62,551 bases of DNA from Promethearchaeota archaeon (GTDB taxonomy: Archaea; Asgardarchaeota; Lokiarchaeia; Sigyniarchaeales; SOKP01), in assembly GCA_018238625.1 (NCBI GenBank), contig JABCSY010000010.1, forward strand, positions 1 through 62,551, read 5' to 3'. Shown here piece after piece: positions 9,681 to 19,601 of the stretch (its first letter is position 1; every line of letters begins with the position of its first letter). Made by a program: the position numbers and the translations under genes. The notes beneath the pieces were generated by a model. The model saw only the letters and a program-made list of their open reading frames with translations, had not been told where the DNA came from and did no database searches.

Positions 9681-11455
9681 TGTGATCAGTAATTAAAAAA
9701 CGTCACAAAATCAGTAATTCATTGACATTTATTAAGTTGCTGCCCACAAATCGTCAGTCATGAAAAACGTCAGTAAAACCCTTAATTTTTTCAACTTTTC
9801 TATTTGTGATTTTTTGACGCTTGCCGTATTGTCGTCAGTCATGAGAGTGACACAATTAAAGCGAGATAAAATTAGCGTTCGTGAGATTTATATTAATTTG
9901 TAAGACTTAAATCATATTCTCCCTTAAGAGTACACCAATACACGATTTAATTAACCACAATCTAACAAAAAAATATAGAGCGTGAGAATCGTGAAAAAAA
10001 CAACAAATCAACAAGAACGTGAAGAGGCTCGCGAATTATTTCATAACAAGGGACTTTCTATCGAAGAACTTGCATCTCGCTTTGGAAAAACTGAAAGAAC
10101 GATATATAGATGGCTTCGTGAGGATAACAAGGCGAAAATCATCGATCCCCATCTTAACTCCAAGAAACTCACAAGTCGGCGTAAGTATCCTCCTGAGATA
10201 TTCACCCAGATTGAAAAGCTCAAGAAGGAAGTTCCGCAGAGGAGCGCTCCACTCATCAAGAGAATACTTGAAAAAAAGTATCCTACTAAAACACCTTCTC
10301 TGTCAACAATAAGAAGGCACGTCCGAGACCAAGGACTAACCTATAAGAATAGAAATCGAAGATTGGGGTATATTAAATTTGAACGATCGAGACCAAACGA
10401 TCTCTGGCAGATAGATATCGCCGGGGTTCAAACAGTTGGACACTTGGAAAAGCTCTATCTAATAGCCTTGTTAGACGACAATTCGAGATTTATCGTATCT
10501 GCAGAATATTTCAAGGACCAAAAAGGTATGAGCGTCATAAAAGTAATACGAGATGCGGTTATGGCTTATGGAAGACCAAATCAAATTTTAGCAGATAATG
10601 GTACGCAATTTCGGAACCTTATTGGAGAATTAGGGACGAAATATACCAGATTATTAGACAGCTTAGGCATCAAACCCATTTTTGCTAAACCTAGACATCC
10701 CGAAACTAAGGGAAAACTCGAAAGATGGTTTGGAACCGTAAAAACGATGTTTCTGGGGGAAGCTCGATTTAACGTTAAAAACAATCCTAACTGCACCTTA
10801 ACGGATTTTAACCAAATGTTAAAAGAATGGGTTGATTGGTACAATACTGAAAAGCCCCATCGTAGTTTACCAGGAAAATGCGCACCCGTTAAGAGATATC
10901 TTGACGTTAAGGATCGGATCTTTAGGCCGCTAAAAACAAACGTGAATTGGACGCGTTGGCTTCACGAAGTAGGACAGCGAAAGGTCAGTAAATACAATGA
11001 AATTCATTATAAAGCACAGAAATTTAGCGTTCCGCCGGGATTCTCTGGGACAAAAGTCGAAGTAATTGAATACGAGGATAAAATAGAGATATATCACAAA
11101 GAAAAACTCGTTATCACCCATGCTTACATCGTACCAATACTAATCAAGCGAAAAACGCGCAAAATTACGCATGCAGGAGTTATCATGTACAAGGGAAAAT
11201 ATTATAGCATCGATTATAAGATGGCAGGTAAGACCGTCAAGGTTCAAGAATTAAACGAGGGAAAGAACCTCTTGGTCTACCTGAACGGCGTGCTTTTAAA
11301 AACGTTAGATCTTTAAGATCTAATGCTAAATTCTTTTTTTTTTATTTTAATCTTAATATCACGCACAAAATATGATCATAAAATCAGGAGAATAGTGACA
11401 AAAATTGACAAAATTAAATGACTGATTTACTGACAAAATATGATGACTGTCAACA
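9681..11455 (+). mobile_element. IS481/Mu-like DDE insertion element with TGT...ACA ends
   Basis: Left end TGTGATCAGTAATTAAAAAACGTCACAAAATCAGTAATT aligns without gaps to the reverse complement of the right end TGTTGACAGTCATCATATTTTGTCAGTAAATCAGTCATT (26/39 by my count). Repeated CAGT(C/A)AT and GTCA motifs occur near both ends. An alternative left end lies at 9830. No target duplication was seen. Confidence 0.65.
9982..11316 (+). CDS. DDE (rve/IS481-family) transposase with N-terminal HTHs and Mu-transposase-like C-terminal domain
   Basis: RTIYRWL HTH; PNDLWQIDI (D1), LLDDNSR, ILADNGTQF (D2), PETKGKLERWF (E), YNTEKPHRSL. Confidence 0.93.
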   Translation: MRIVKKTTNQQEREEARELFHNKGLSIEELASRFGKTERTIYRWLREDNKAKIIDPHLNSKKLTSRRKYPPEIFTQIEKLKKEVPQRSAPLIKRILEKKYPTKTPSLSTIRRHVRDQGLTYKNRNRRLGYIKFERSRPNDLWQIDIAGVQTVGHLEKLYLIALLDDNSRFIVSAEYFKDQKGMSVIKVIRDAVMAYGRPNQILADNGTQFRNLIGELGTKYTRLLDSLGIKPIFAKPRHPETKGKLERWFGTVKTMFLGEARFNVKNNPNCTLTDFNQMLKEWVDWYNTEKPHRSLPGKCAPVKRYLDVKDRIFRPLKTNVNWTRWLHEVGQRKVSKYNEIHYKAQKFSVPPGFSGTKVEVIEYEDKIEIYHKEKLVITHAYIVPILIKRKTRKITHAGVIMYKGKYYSIDYKMAGKTVKVQELNEGKNLLVYLNGVLLKTLDL

Positions 11456-11515
11456 GAATAGTTGAAAAAATTAAAAAAAATAAAAAAAAGTAAAATAAAA
11501 TTATTTGTATAAAGA

Positions 11516-11701
11516 TTAATACAAGATCGTTCGATACAAAAGAAACATTAGAAGCTCGCCTTCCTCGCTCGATAGCGCGCTTTCTATGGGACAACGGTCG
11601 AGCTGTTCTCTCGCTTTTTCCCTCGCGATGTCGTCAAAACCTAATTCTAGCGAGATTTGAGAGGAAAAATTAGTTCCACAACAATTTTTTGCTTTTTCCA
11701 T
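11516..11701 (-). CDS. Small hypothetical protein
   Basis: 61-aa ORF in GC-richer sequence flanked by AT-rich spacers. Confidence 0.35.
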   Translation of the reverse strand: MEKAKNCCGTNFSSQISLELGFDDIAREKAREQLDRCPIESALSSEEGELLMFLLYRTILY

Positions 11702-11840
11702 AGCGCAACTATTAGCGAGGAGTATTTAAAGGAAAATTTAAAGAAGCGTTCACATCTAAGACGATATATATTTTTATTTTTAAAATTTATTTAATACCTA
11801 AATTAGCAAAAAATAAGGAATAAAATCAGGCGAGAAGAAA

Positions 11841-12239
11841 TTGGGAAGAACAATCGATATGTATATTTTCAAAAGTCCTAAACTCAAGAACGAAATTAAA
11901 TTAATTGAAGAAAAGTTTAATAAAAAATATTTAAACCGCTTAGAGATATTTAATTTCTGGTTTAAATGCGACGACCCTAAAGTAGGATATATTAGAATTT
12001 CGACTTATTTATCTACAACGGAATCTACTAAGCGTTTAAATCCTATTGAAATTGAGGAGCTATTTTTTACGATCTATAAGGAACTCTTTCCGAACGAAGT
12101 TGCTTACGTTAATTCCGAGGAGGAACTAGAGGGCGGTTATCAAAACGTTTTTTATTACGAAAACGACCGTCATTATTTTGCTTCAATGGAAAATATTGCT
12201 TACGACATTATGAAAATATTTAGAAACTATAACGATTAA
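11841..12239 (+). CDS. Hypothetical protein
   Basis: 132-aa ORF; no recognised motif. Confidence 0.55.
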   Translation: MGRTIDMYIFKSPKLKNEIKLIEEKFNKKYLNRLEIFNFWFKCDDPKVGYIRISTYLSTTESTKRLNPIEIEELFFTIYKELFPNEVAYVNSEEELEGGYQNVFYYENDRHYFASMENIAYDIMKIFRNYND

Positions 12240-12670
12240 GAACCAATGAACATGTCAAGTATTTTTTCTTTTGGGTCGTAAATTACGCTTTCTATAACTA
12301 ATTCCTCGAGGTAATGCCCCCATATCCCGTGTTTTCCTTCGGATCGTTTTCGGTTGTATAAATTCTCGTAAGTGCCTGGGTCGCCAACTTCTTTTTCTTC
12401 TTCGTCGTAAATTTGCTTGTAAGCCTCGTATATGTTTTTAAAAACGTCCAAACGCGTAAAACCTCCTTTCTTCTCTAAAATAACGCGAAATTCGACCGAC
12501 AAGGGATATGTAATTACCATCGTTATTTTCTCGTCTTTAATTACCACTTCGTCTGGATTAATTAAGCTATCTCTCGTCTCTTTGTCTTCGAAATCTAGCA
12601 CTCCAGGCACACATGAGTCGGGGGATATATATAACCAAAACTTAAGGTTTCCGTAGGGATCTGTTGTCAT
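12236..12670 (-). CDS. Hypothetical protein with GFTxxD...YxxIYxEE...GxxGIWGH motif
   Basis: Start moved to ATG 12670 (MTTDPY), which removes the overlap with the upstream gene; motif-rich C-terminus. Confidence 0.7.
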   Translation of the reverse strand: MTTDPYGNLKFWLYISPDSCVPGVLDFEDKETRDSLINPDEVVIKDEKITMVITYPLSVEFRVILEKKGGFTRLDVFKNIYEAYKQIYDEEEKEVGDPGTYENLYNRKRSEGKHGIWGHYLEELVIESVIYDPKEKILDMFIGS

Positions 12671-12717
12671 CGAAGATTTCTTTCTAAATTTTTTTTTCAA
12701 GATAAAACCTCTTTGCG

Positions 12718-13386
12718 TTAAATTGTAATTACCTTGTTTTTTTTTAATATCCAAGTGTCGATTTCAAACTTTTGAGCTTTTTTAGATTCCGAATCGAAAT
12801 CGGAATGGATCGTAGATTTTGGCACCCAGATCGCTTTATTTCCCTCAAAAGCAATCAGAAGAGCCTTTTCCGTTTCCCCCTCGCACGCGCCCGCTAAGAC
12901 GGCGGTCTCTTTTATGACTGGCTCTATTTTTTCTTCTGAAGTTTCTTCGGTAGTTATTGGACTTGCTTGCTTTTTCCCACCAGCTATAGAACGATCCTCG
13001 CGTTTTTTGACTTCGGTCGAATTTATTACTTTTTCTTGGAACACGTGCTCAAGCAACGCTTTGAAAACTTCTACCTCGCCGTAGATTAACAGCTTTTGGT
13101 AATCTGACGCTTTAACTTTAATTTGCTCTTCGTTCTCAGAATCCCGCTCGAACGATATGGAAGTTTTCCAATCTTTTTTTTCCCCGCGCAAAACTTGAAG
13201 CATAAAAGGCACCTCTATCAACGAAAATTTTATCGTTAGGCCCTCTTTTTCGGAAGGTTTTTCCCACGAACCATCGTTCTTTTTCTTGATAAAAGTCAAA
13301 AAAATATCAGGGCTGCTCGAAGGACCGCTATCGAAAAAAATTCCGGTTTTAGAGCCAAAAAACTCTTTTCTGTGACGGTTAACCAT
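12718..13386 (-). CDS. Hypothetical protein; possible PC4/Whirly-like nucleic-acid-binding N-domain plus ETEKALL...WVPKS C-domain
   Basis: FLTFIKKK..GSWEK...IKFSLIEV pattern, low-complexity linker, C-terminal TEKALLI...IWVPKS...IDTWIL. Confidence 0.6.
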   Translation of the reverse strand: MVNRHRKEFFGSKTGIFFDSGPSSSPDIFLTFIKKKNDGSWEKPSEKEGLTIKFSLIEVPFMLQVLRGEKKDWKTSISFERDSENEEQIKVKASDYQKLLIYGEVEVFKALLEHVFQEKVINSTEVKKREDRSIAGGKKQASPITTEETSEEKIEPVIKETAVLAGACEGETEKALLIAFEGNKAIWVPKSTIHSDFDSESKKAQKFEIDTWILKKNKVITI

Positions 13387-13536
13387 TTTTAATTCGCTTT
13401 AACTTTTGATTTTTTTAGTCTTTGTCTTATAATCCTATATACAAGTTTTCTATTTAATGTTAAATGTTTTTCTTACGAAAAATAAGAAATTATTTAATTA
13501 TTTAAACAAAAAATTCAAACTTTAGGTTAAGTTTAA

Positions 13537-14337
13537 TTAAAACCAACTATCTAAAGTGGAGTTTCTCGCGGGTTTTTTAAGCCCTCGCTTTGGTTTATGC
13601 GGTTTCCACTTAATTAGCTTTTTCTCGGGCATGGAGGGGTGCTGGATCAACTTGTATTCTATGTAGCGCTTTTTGTCTTCGATTAAAACTAACACTTGGC
13701 CAAAGTGATAAAGAACATTTCCGCCCACCGGCTTGAAGTCAGAAAACTCGTTTTTTGGCGCCGTAATAACTATTAACGGGTCTAATTTTTCTAGAACTTT
13801 TTTAACCCCGCTTATCGCTCTTAGCAAGTCTTCGAAAGTTTGCTGGTCGTAGTTGGGCCACAGACTCGTGATTCCCGATATAAAGACCGCGCCTACTTGC
13901 TCGAGCTCAGATACTTTGTTTTCCAACAACTCTACCATTTGCTCGTAAGTAAAAGCCCTCGCGATCTGCACGCTTTCCAAAACTTTCGTTGGAGACAAAC
14001 CCAAACTAACCGCGAGCTTGCTAACGGCGTAAGGATTGAACCTGTTGTTCCCGTCTACGAACGCAACTCTTTGATCAAAGGTTCGGCGTCGACCTGACTC
14101 CTCGGCAATATGTGGGTCATCTGCCTGACCCTTGAAAAATTGAACCGTTGTTTCAAGCAAAATTCTAGAAGTTATTTTGCGATCCCCGCACAGCAAATAC
14201 AATAAATTTTTTTTAAACCCCCCGTTGAGCAGCTGGTCTAAAGTTAAATCCCCGCTCGAAGTTACGGGTAAACCCTCTTTTTTTTCGTGCTCTTCGAACC
14301 CGGAATTGTACGACCCTGCGAGCTTTTTAGACGCCAC
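13537..14337 (-). CDS. Degenerate RecA/RadA-superfamily protein with C-terminal PIP-box-like motif
   Basis: SSGDLTLDQLLNGGF, AFVDGNNRFNPY, VLESVQIARAFTYEQM, PVGGNVLYH. Walker A reads GDRKITS and Walker B reads VFISG. Ends NSTLDSWF. Confidence 0.8.
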   Translation of the reverse strand: MASKKLAGSYNSGFEEHEKKEGLPVTSSGDLTLDQLLNGGFKKNLLYLLCGDRKITSRILLETTVQFFKGQADDPHIAEESGRRRTFDQRVAFVDGNNRFNPYAVSKLAVSLGLSPTKVLESVQIARAFTYEQMVELLENKVSELEQVGAVFISGITSLWPNYDQQTFEDLLRAISGVKKVLEKLDPLIVITAPKNEFSDFKPVGGNVLYHFGQVLVLIEDKKRYIEYKLIQHPSMPEKKLIKWKPHKPKRGLKKPARNSTLDSWF

Positions 14338-14513
14338 AAATTGAAGAAATTTTAAAGCTATAAAAAAATCGACTGGCTAGCAATTTTTGATTACTCAATC
14401 GTTAATCCAAAAATTAAACGAATTCTTTGATTTATTTGACGCTTACAAAATTGTTGCATTTTTCCATGCGTTTAAATAATTTATTATGAAGTGATTAAAA
14501 GAGGTATATCGCA

Positions 14514-14984
14514 ATGGAACTTAACGATACCAAAGACAAAGAATATAAATCTTGGCTTAAAGCCTTAAAAATTTACCATAAGTTGTGCAGGTCAAATTTT
14601 AAATCCTTGAAAAATTGTCTGGAATCACTCGCTAAGGAGCATAACTATGCTTTAAATTGGAATTACTCACGTCCAATCCTGATTGATCAAGGAGATAATC
14701 GATTAAGCGAAAACGAGTTGTTTAGGCTTCTAGTAGCCACAAATAATTGGAGTTGTGTCGGTCACGAGTTTTTGAATTATTTTTGGTACTTAGAAATCTT
14801 TAGGAGTGACAATAAATGGGAAATAAGGAGAGGTATGAACTTAGTGGGGCGTCTAAAGGTTTATTCAAAACGGCCAAAGGTTTTAATAATGAATCCGATA
14901 AGTTCTTATGAACAACATGAAAGAATCTTTAAGGAAAAGATCGTTAACATAATGAATCTCTTTGGAGAAAATTTGTATATTTAA
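14514..14984 (+). CDS. Hypothetical protein
   Basis: GAGGT SD upstream of ATG; 156 aa. Confidence 0.65.
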   Translation: MELNDTKDKEYKSWLKALKIYHKLCRSNFKSLKNCLESLAKEHNYALNWNYSRPILIDQGDNRLSENELFRLLVATNNWSCVGHEFLNYFWYLEIFRSDNKWEIRRGMNLVGRLKVYSKRPKVLIMNPISSYEQHERIFKEKIVNIMNLFGENLYI

Positions 14985-15073
14985 ATTCTAAAATATATAT
15001 TATTTTTTTTTATCTTGTAAATTTATTTATTATATTTAGCAAACAAACAAATTTAATAATCGTAGAAAAAAAA

Positions 15074-17668
15074 TTAAGAAGAAATAATTTTCTTCTTGCG
15101 ATTTAGAGTGGACAAAACCGTTATACTGGAGATAACCATTATGATAATAGTAAGCCAGATCGTCATCGGTTCGATCTGTTCGGCTTGCTCGGGATTATTC
15201 GGTTGGGCTAGATAGAGCGTAACGTATTCCGTGCAAAAGTTATACACGATATCGCGCATTTCTAAACCGATAAGTAGCTCTTTATCTCCTGCAGACGCGT
15301 ATTCAGATGTGTTAAACGTAAACTCGATTAGGGATTCGTTGGAAGAGAAAGAACTGACTTGAGTGCCGTTTATTGATATCTCAACCCTAACAAAAGGAAT
15401 CACGTTTTCGTACACTTCTATCTCAAGCGTATAGATGCCCCAAACATCGGTCGTTTTCGAGAGTATTTCAACCAATTCAGGCGGAGTAACGTCGTAAATA
15501 GCGTGAAAGAAACGCGATTCTTGGTTACCAAAGTAATCGAAGGCCGTTATGTTAAATTGATACATACCTTCTTCGGAAAAATGTACGTCCAGCGAAGCGC
15601 TCGATTCGAAGTAGCGACCGTAAAACTCGTCGTTTAGGCTTAGTTCGCAATAAGCAACTCCGCTCTCGCCGTCCTCTGAGGACCATCCGATTTGTACGCG
15701 TTGTTGGAAGCTCTGAAAATCAGCCGAAGTAATGAGAGGAGGCTCGGTATCGTTTAGCACGGCAAAAGAATGCGAAAAAATAGAAGAGCTGTGTTTTCCT
15801 TGAATTCTAATAGATAGGTTAACTATACCGCGTTCGAAGGCTACAAATTCCCAGCAAAATGTTTTTTCGGCGCGATAGATTGGTTCTTTAATTTCTTGAA
15901 AAGTGGAACCGTTTACAATTGCTATAAGGTTTTCCGAAAATGAGAGCGAAACGTTAACTGACTCGTCCCAAGCGGGCATTGAGTTAGAAATAGTTGCCCA
16001 GAAAGATATTAATTGGGTATCGCCAGGGACAAGGTAAAAAGAGTTGATAATATTATGCTGCGTAACTTCTACCGATGGTTTTGATAGCGCGAATTCTTTG
16101 TAAAACACGTCGATTGCGAACATTAAGTTATTGTTTCTTATTCTAACCCTATAATCTCCGTTTTCTACGATTCTAAATAGGAAAGCGTCCTGTCGTTTGT
16201 CGATCTTTGTGGCGATTGAGACCCAAGATCCCTCTACGAGTCGCTCTAGGTAAAAGTCGCTTCCCGAACCAGCTGTCGTGTCCCAGAAGAAAACTAAAAC
16301 GTCTCCCGAAGTTAGACCGTCGTAAAACCAATAGAGCGCCTGCCCAGCCGCAAGTCCGTAATAAGCGCTATAACCACTCCCAACGTCGGTGTGTCGATCT
16401 ACGTAAACTTCCATGCTATCCTCGTTTTCCTTAACCGCCGCAACGGTGAGTTCAAAGTCGTCTGTGAGCCACCTTACGAAGTTTTGAGCTGGATCGGTTT
16501 CAGAATCGTCTAATTCGACTCCGGGCAAAGTAGGGCTGCTATGGTCCCCGCCCCAATAGACTAACCGTCCTTGAGCGCTCCCTTTCGATTCGTTTACGAA
16601 ACTCGTAAGAATTCCGTGGTCTGGTAGGTATTGGTCGTAACCTACGTCGTCCCTAAATTCCACGAGATAATAGCAAGAAACATCGAAGGGAATCTTTACT
16701 GCGTAATATTCGTTTTCGGGGCAATTAGGGTCTTCTAAAGCGCGTATGGTCGGATAGGCGACGTTTCCGGCGGCGTCAAGGGTAAGAACTTGGGTTTCTT
16801 CAATCCACCCCAACTCAATTTTGGAATAGGCGCTCGCGTGAGCGGGATAATTACCGCCCCCGTTGTAATTTCCGTAAGCCATAAGTTCCCAATAACCGCA
16901 ATAAAAATCTCCCGAAGTCGAATAGTAGTCCACGAGTCCAAGCGAGTGTCCAAACTCGTGAGCGTAAGTTCCCATACTGGTGTATTCCCCTACAAATCCT
17001 AGCTTGTCGTAGCTAACTCCGTCTCCCGCAGGTAGAGAACCGCTGGTCCAAGTCCACACGTGGGGCCAAAAGTGAGAGTTGTCGTGAGCGTCGCTTCCTG
17101 CGTAGATTATGAAAACGTAGTTATAATTGGAGTATAAGATGTACGAATCCCAATAGTTTAGCAACCAATTGGCAAGCTCCATCTCCCGCGAAACTTGGTA
17201 GTCGTTGTGAGCGTAGTAGCTTATCGGTAGCGGCGCTTGTACCCACGGCAAAACGTCCACCGTAAGAGAAAGCTTATCGAACGAGTTTTCGAGGTAATAA
17301 GTTCGAACCGAGTTTTCCAAGTTGTCCCACCGAGAATCAATAGTAATCGTGCTGGTTGTATGTTGTTGGTCCGAGAAATCCACCGGTATTGCAAGCGCCC
17401 TCGCAGATCCTACGGTGGGACGCTCCATTACTTGGTCGTCTCGAGAAAAATCGTAAGGGTTAGATATTAAATAAGAAGAAGGAATAAAAGAAGTTTCCTT
17501 GCCATCGTAGTCCCGCAAAGGGCTCGAATCGCTTTTCTCGACCGCGCTTAGAGCGGGTACTTCGCTTTCTCCAGTAGTTCCGTAGAGATTTCCGCAATTA
17601 CCAAGTATACCAAGCGTAAAAAGAAACAAAATCAATAGTCCTTTCGTAATTTTTTTTTTATTCGTCAT
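15074..17668 (-). CDS. Membrane-anchored M6 family (immune inhibitor A-like) zinc metalloprotease with Ig-like domains
   Basis: N-terminal signal; IPVDFSD; TYAHEFGHSLGLVDYY (HExxHxxGxxD); WELMAYG Met-turn; YSKIELGW; YYLVEFR; DTEPP/DVTPP Ig-like junctions; C-terminal TM plus basic tail. Confidence 0.9.
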   Translation of the reverse strand: MTNKKKITKGLLILFLFTLGILGNCGNLYGTTGESEVPALSAVEKSDSSPLRDYDGKETSFIPSSYLISNPYDFSRDDQVMERPTVGSARALAIPVDFSDQQHTTSTITIDSRWDNLENSVRTYYLENSFDKLSLTVDVLPWVQAPLPISYYAHNDYQVSREMELANWLLNYWDSYILYSNYNYVFIIYAGSDAHDNSHFWPHVWTWTSGSLPAGDGVSYDKLGFVGEYTSMGTYAHEFGHSLGLVDYYSTSGDFYCGYWELMAYGNYNGGGNYPAHASAYSKIELGWIEETQVLTLDAAGNVAYPTIRALEDPNCPENEYYAVKIPFDVSCYYLVEFRDDVGYDQYLPDHGILTSFVNESKGSAQGRLVYWGGDHSSPTLPGVELDDSETDPAQNFVRWLTDDFELTVAAVKENEDSMEVYVDRHTDVGSGYSAYYGLAAGQALYWFYDGLTSGDVLVFFWDTTAGSGSDFYLERLVEGSWVSIATKIDKRQDAFLFRIVENGDYRVRIRNNNLMFAIDVFYKEFALSKPSVEVTQHNIINSFYLVPGDTQLISFWATISNSMPAWDESVNVSLSFSENLIAIVNGSTFQEIKEPIYRAEKTFCWEFVAFERGIVNLSIRIQGKHSSSIFSHSFAVLNDTEPPLITSADFQSFQQRVQIGWSSEDGESGVAYCELSLNDEFYGRYFESSASLDVHFSEEGMYQFNITAFDYFGNQESRFFHAIYDVTPPELVEILSKTTDVWGIYTLEIEVYENVIPFVRVEISINGTQVSSFSSNESLIEFTFNTSEYASAGDKELLIGLEMRDIVYNFCTEYVTLYLAQPNNPEQAEQIEPMTIWLTIIIMVISSITVLSTLNRKKKIISS

Positions 17669-17906
17669 TTTTTTTTACCATTCAGTAATTTTTGATTTAA
17701 GTTTTCTTAATTTGTATGTATTTAAACAAAAAAGATTACTGAGAAGAAAGCCAAGCTAAAAGGGAAAGCTCGTCAAAAAACGATTAAACGCTATTTTTAT
17801 TCTTTTTATTTATTAAATTTTTCTTTAAATTAAATCTATAAATAGCTAGATTTAAATTATTTCACATACAATAAAATTACATAAAAAAATCTTACCAAAA
17901 GATAAA

Positions 17907-19481
17907 ATGACGATAAACGACAAACAAAATTTAAAAGAACAAATTTCAAACTTAGAGAGAAGGTTCCACGCGCTTAGAGTCTACGGAGACGAGAGAGATT
18001 TTGAGGTTTTCGAAGTAAGAGAAAGCAAAACCGAAAAGAATTGCGAAGTTCCCATTAGAGCCGATTTTCTTTACCCCGAATTGAAAAACGACCCTCAAAA
18101 CAAGAAGTTATTGAGCGTTGAGTGCGTAGAAAACGCTCTTACCGAGTTCATAAAGTATAAATATAGAAATTGGAATAAAGTAGTTACTTACGACAGGATC
18201 GAAGATAGAAGCACTGAAGTCTTTGACATAAGCAATTCGTGCGCTGTAAAGTTAAGTTCGTACGTTGAAATTATCAACGCGCGAAGAGCTGACCCCAAAA
18301 AAGCAAAGGCTATAGCCAAAAGGATAACAGACAACATAGAGTTGATTAAACAATACAAGTACGGAAAGATTACCAAACGCGAATATGAAGGCGAAATGGG
18401 TAGGAGAAATGCAAAAATAGAAGAAGCGTGGACGAAACCTCGGTCAATGGCGCTTCTTAAAAAAGACAACGAGGTTTTGCTTCAGCACATAGAAAAATAC
18501 ATCGGGAAAATAGGGAAATCGATACACGACCAAGCGTTTGAGTTAGCTCCTCTGAGCGTTCACGTTATTCCCGAAACCCGCGACCGTAAGGGTGGCGCGT
18601 TGGTGACGACTGGGTTGAGCGTTTTACCTATGCACCCTCCAGCCCCTATGAGGGCTTTTAACTACTCCGAATTGATAATTAGGTTTCCTAAAAGTTGGCC
18701 CTTACCTCTAAAAGAGCTAAAACAAGACGACTTTTTTTGGCCTATAGGGGAGTTGTTGCATTTAATGCGCTACATTCACGAAAATCAGCAATGGTTTTTT
18801 GACATGCACACGTTTGGAAATGGAGACCCCCCGCACCCGTACGCCCCTAACACTAATTTTTGCGGGTTCCTTTTTACTTTGCCCGTTCTTTCGCTTCCGT
18901 CCGAGTTCTGCGAGTTAAAAATCGACGATTCGAAAACCGTGATCTTTTTACAACTATTACCTCTTTATAAAGAAGAAATGGATTTTGCTATAACCGACAC
19001 CTCGGAAGCTTTGCTAAAAAAATTCGAGGAGCAAGGCTCTCCCGATTACGTAGACGTAAACAGAAAAAGCGTAGTTGGCTCAGCGGAAGTTATCCCTGGA
19101 GGCTCTAAGACCGCCGGGATGTGGTGCCCTAACTGTAAAAGTACGATTAGAAACTTTAAACCGGAAGGGGTTAGGTGCCCAATGTGTAAACGCGTTCTAG
19201 TAAAAGATCAAAACGGGGAGCTAATGGCGCTCGATATTCCCGAAGAAAAAGCGTCTGTGTCGAAGAATACGGAGAAAAAAGCGGAAAAACTGTTTTTTGA
19301 AGCGTTAGGTTATTTAGATAGAAATACGCCCGAAAAAGCTTTAGAGCTCCTTTCTGAAGCGTTTAAACTAAACCCTTACGATAGGCGTATCTGGGGCGTG
19401 AAGAGCTCGTTGTTATTTGAGTTAGGGAGGCGCAAGGAAGCCTACGAGTGCGGTAAAGAAGGTTTAAAATACTTACAATAA
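17907..19481 (+). CDS. SUFU (suppressor-of-fused)-domain protein with Zn-ribbon and C-terminal TPR
   Basis: LVTTGLS..PM, YSELII, FWPIGELLHLMRYIHE..WF...HT, FLQLLPLYKEEMDFA; CPNC...CPMC; ALELLSEAFKLNP TPR. Confidence 0.8.
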   Translation: MTINDKQNLKEQISNLERRFHALRVYGDERDFEVFEVRESKTEKNCEVPIRADFLYPELKNDPQNKKLLSVECVENALTEFIKYKYRNWNKVVTYDRIEDRSTEVFDISNSCAVKLSSYVEIINARRADPKKAKAIAKRITDNIELIKQYKYGKITKREYEGEMGRRNAKIEEAWTKPRSMALLKKDNEVLLQHIEKYIGKIGKSIHDQAFELAPLSVHVIPETRDRKGGALVTTGLSVLPMHPPAPMRAFNYSELIIRFPKSWPLPLKELKQDDFFWPIGELLHLMRYIHENQQWFFDMHTFGNGDPPHPYAPNTNFCGFLFTLPVLSLPSEFCELKIDDSKTVIFLQLLPLYKEEMDFAITDTSEALLKKFEEQGSPDYVDVNRKSVVGSAEVIPGGSKTAGMWCPNCKSTIRNFKPEGVRCPMCKRVLVKDQNGELMALDIPEEKASVSKNTEKKAEKLFFEALGYLDRNTPEKALELLSEAFKLNPYDRRIWGVKSSLLFELGRRKEAYECGKEGLKYLQ

Positions 19482-19601
19482 TCATTAATTATTTTTTTTT
19501 TCAGCTTAATTTTCTACGTTATTCTATTAGGTCGCCTTCTTAAAAGATAAAAAATAACTTAATTATAGAATAATTTTATTATTATTTTGGGAGTTAACGC
19601 C

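Noticed and set aside
9670-11465. Target-site duplication for the transposon
   Set aside because: The flanks AAAGT (or CGTAT for the 9830 end) and GAATA do not match.
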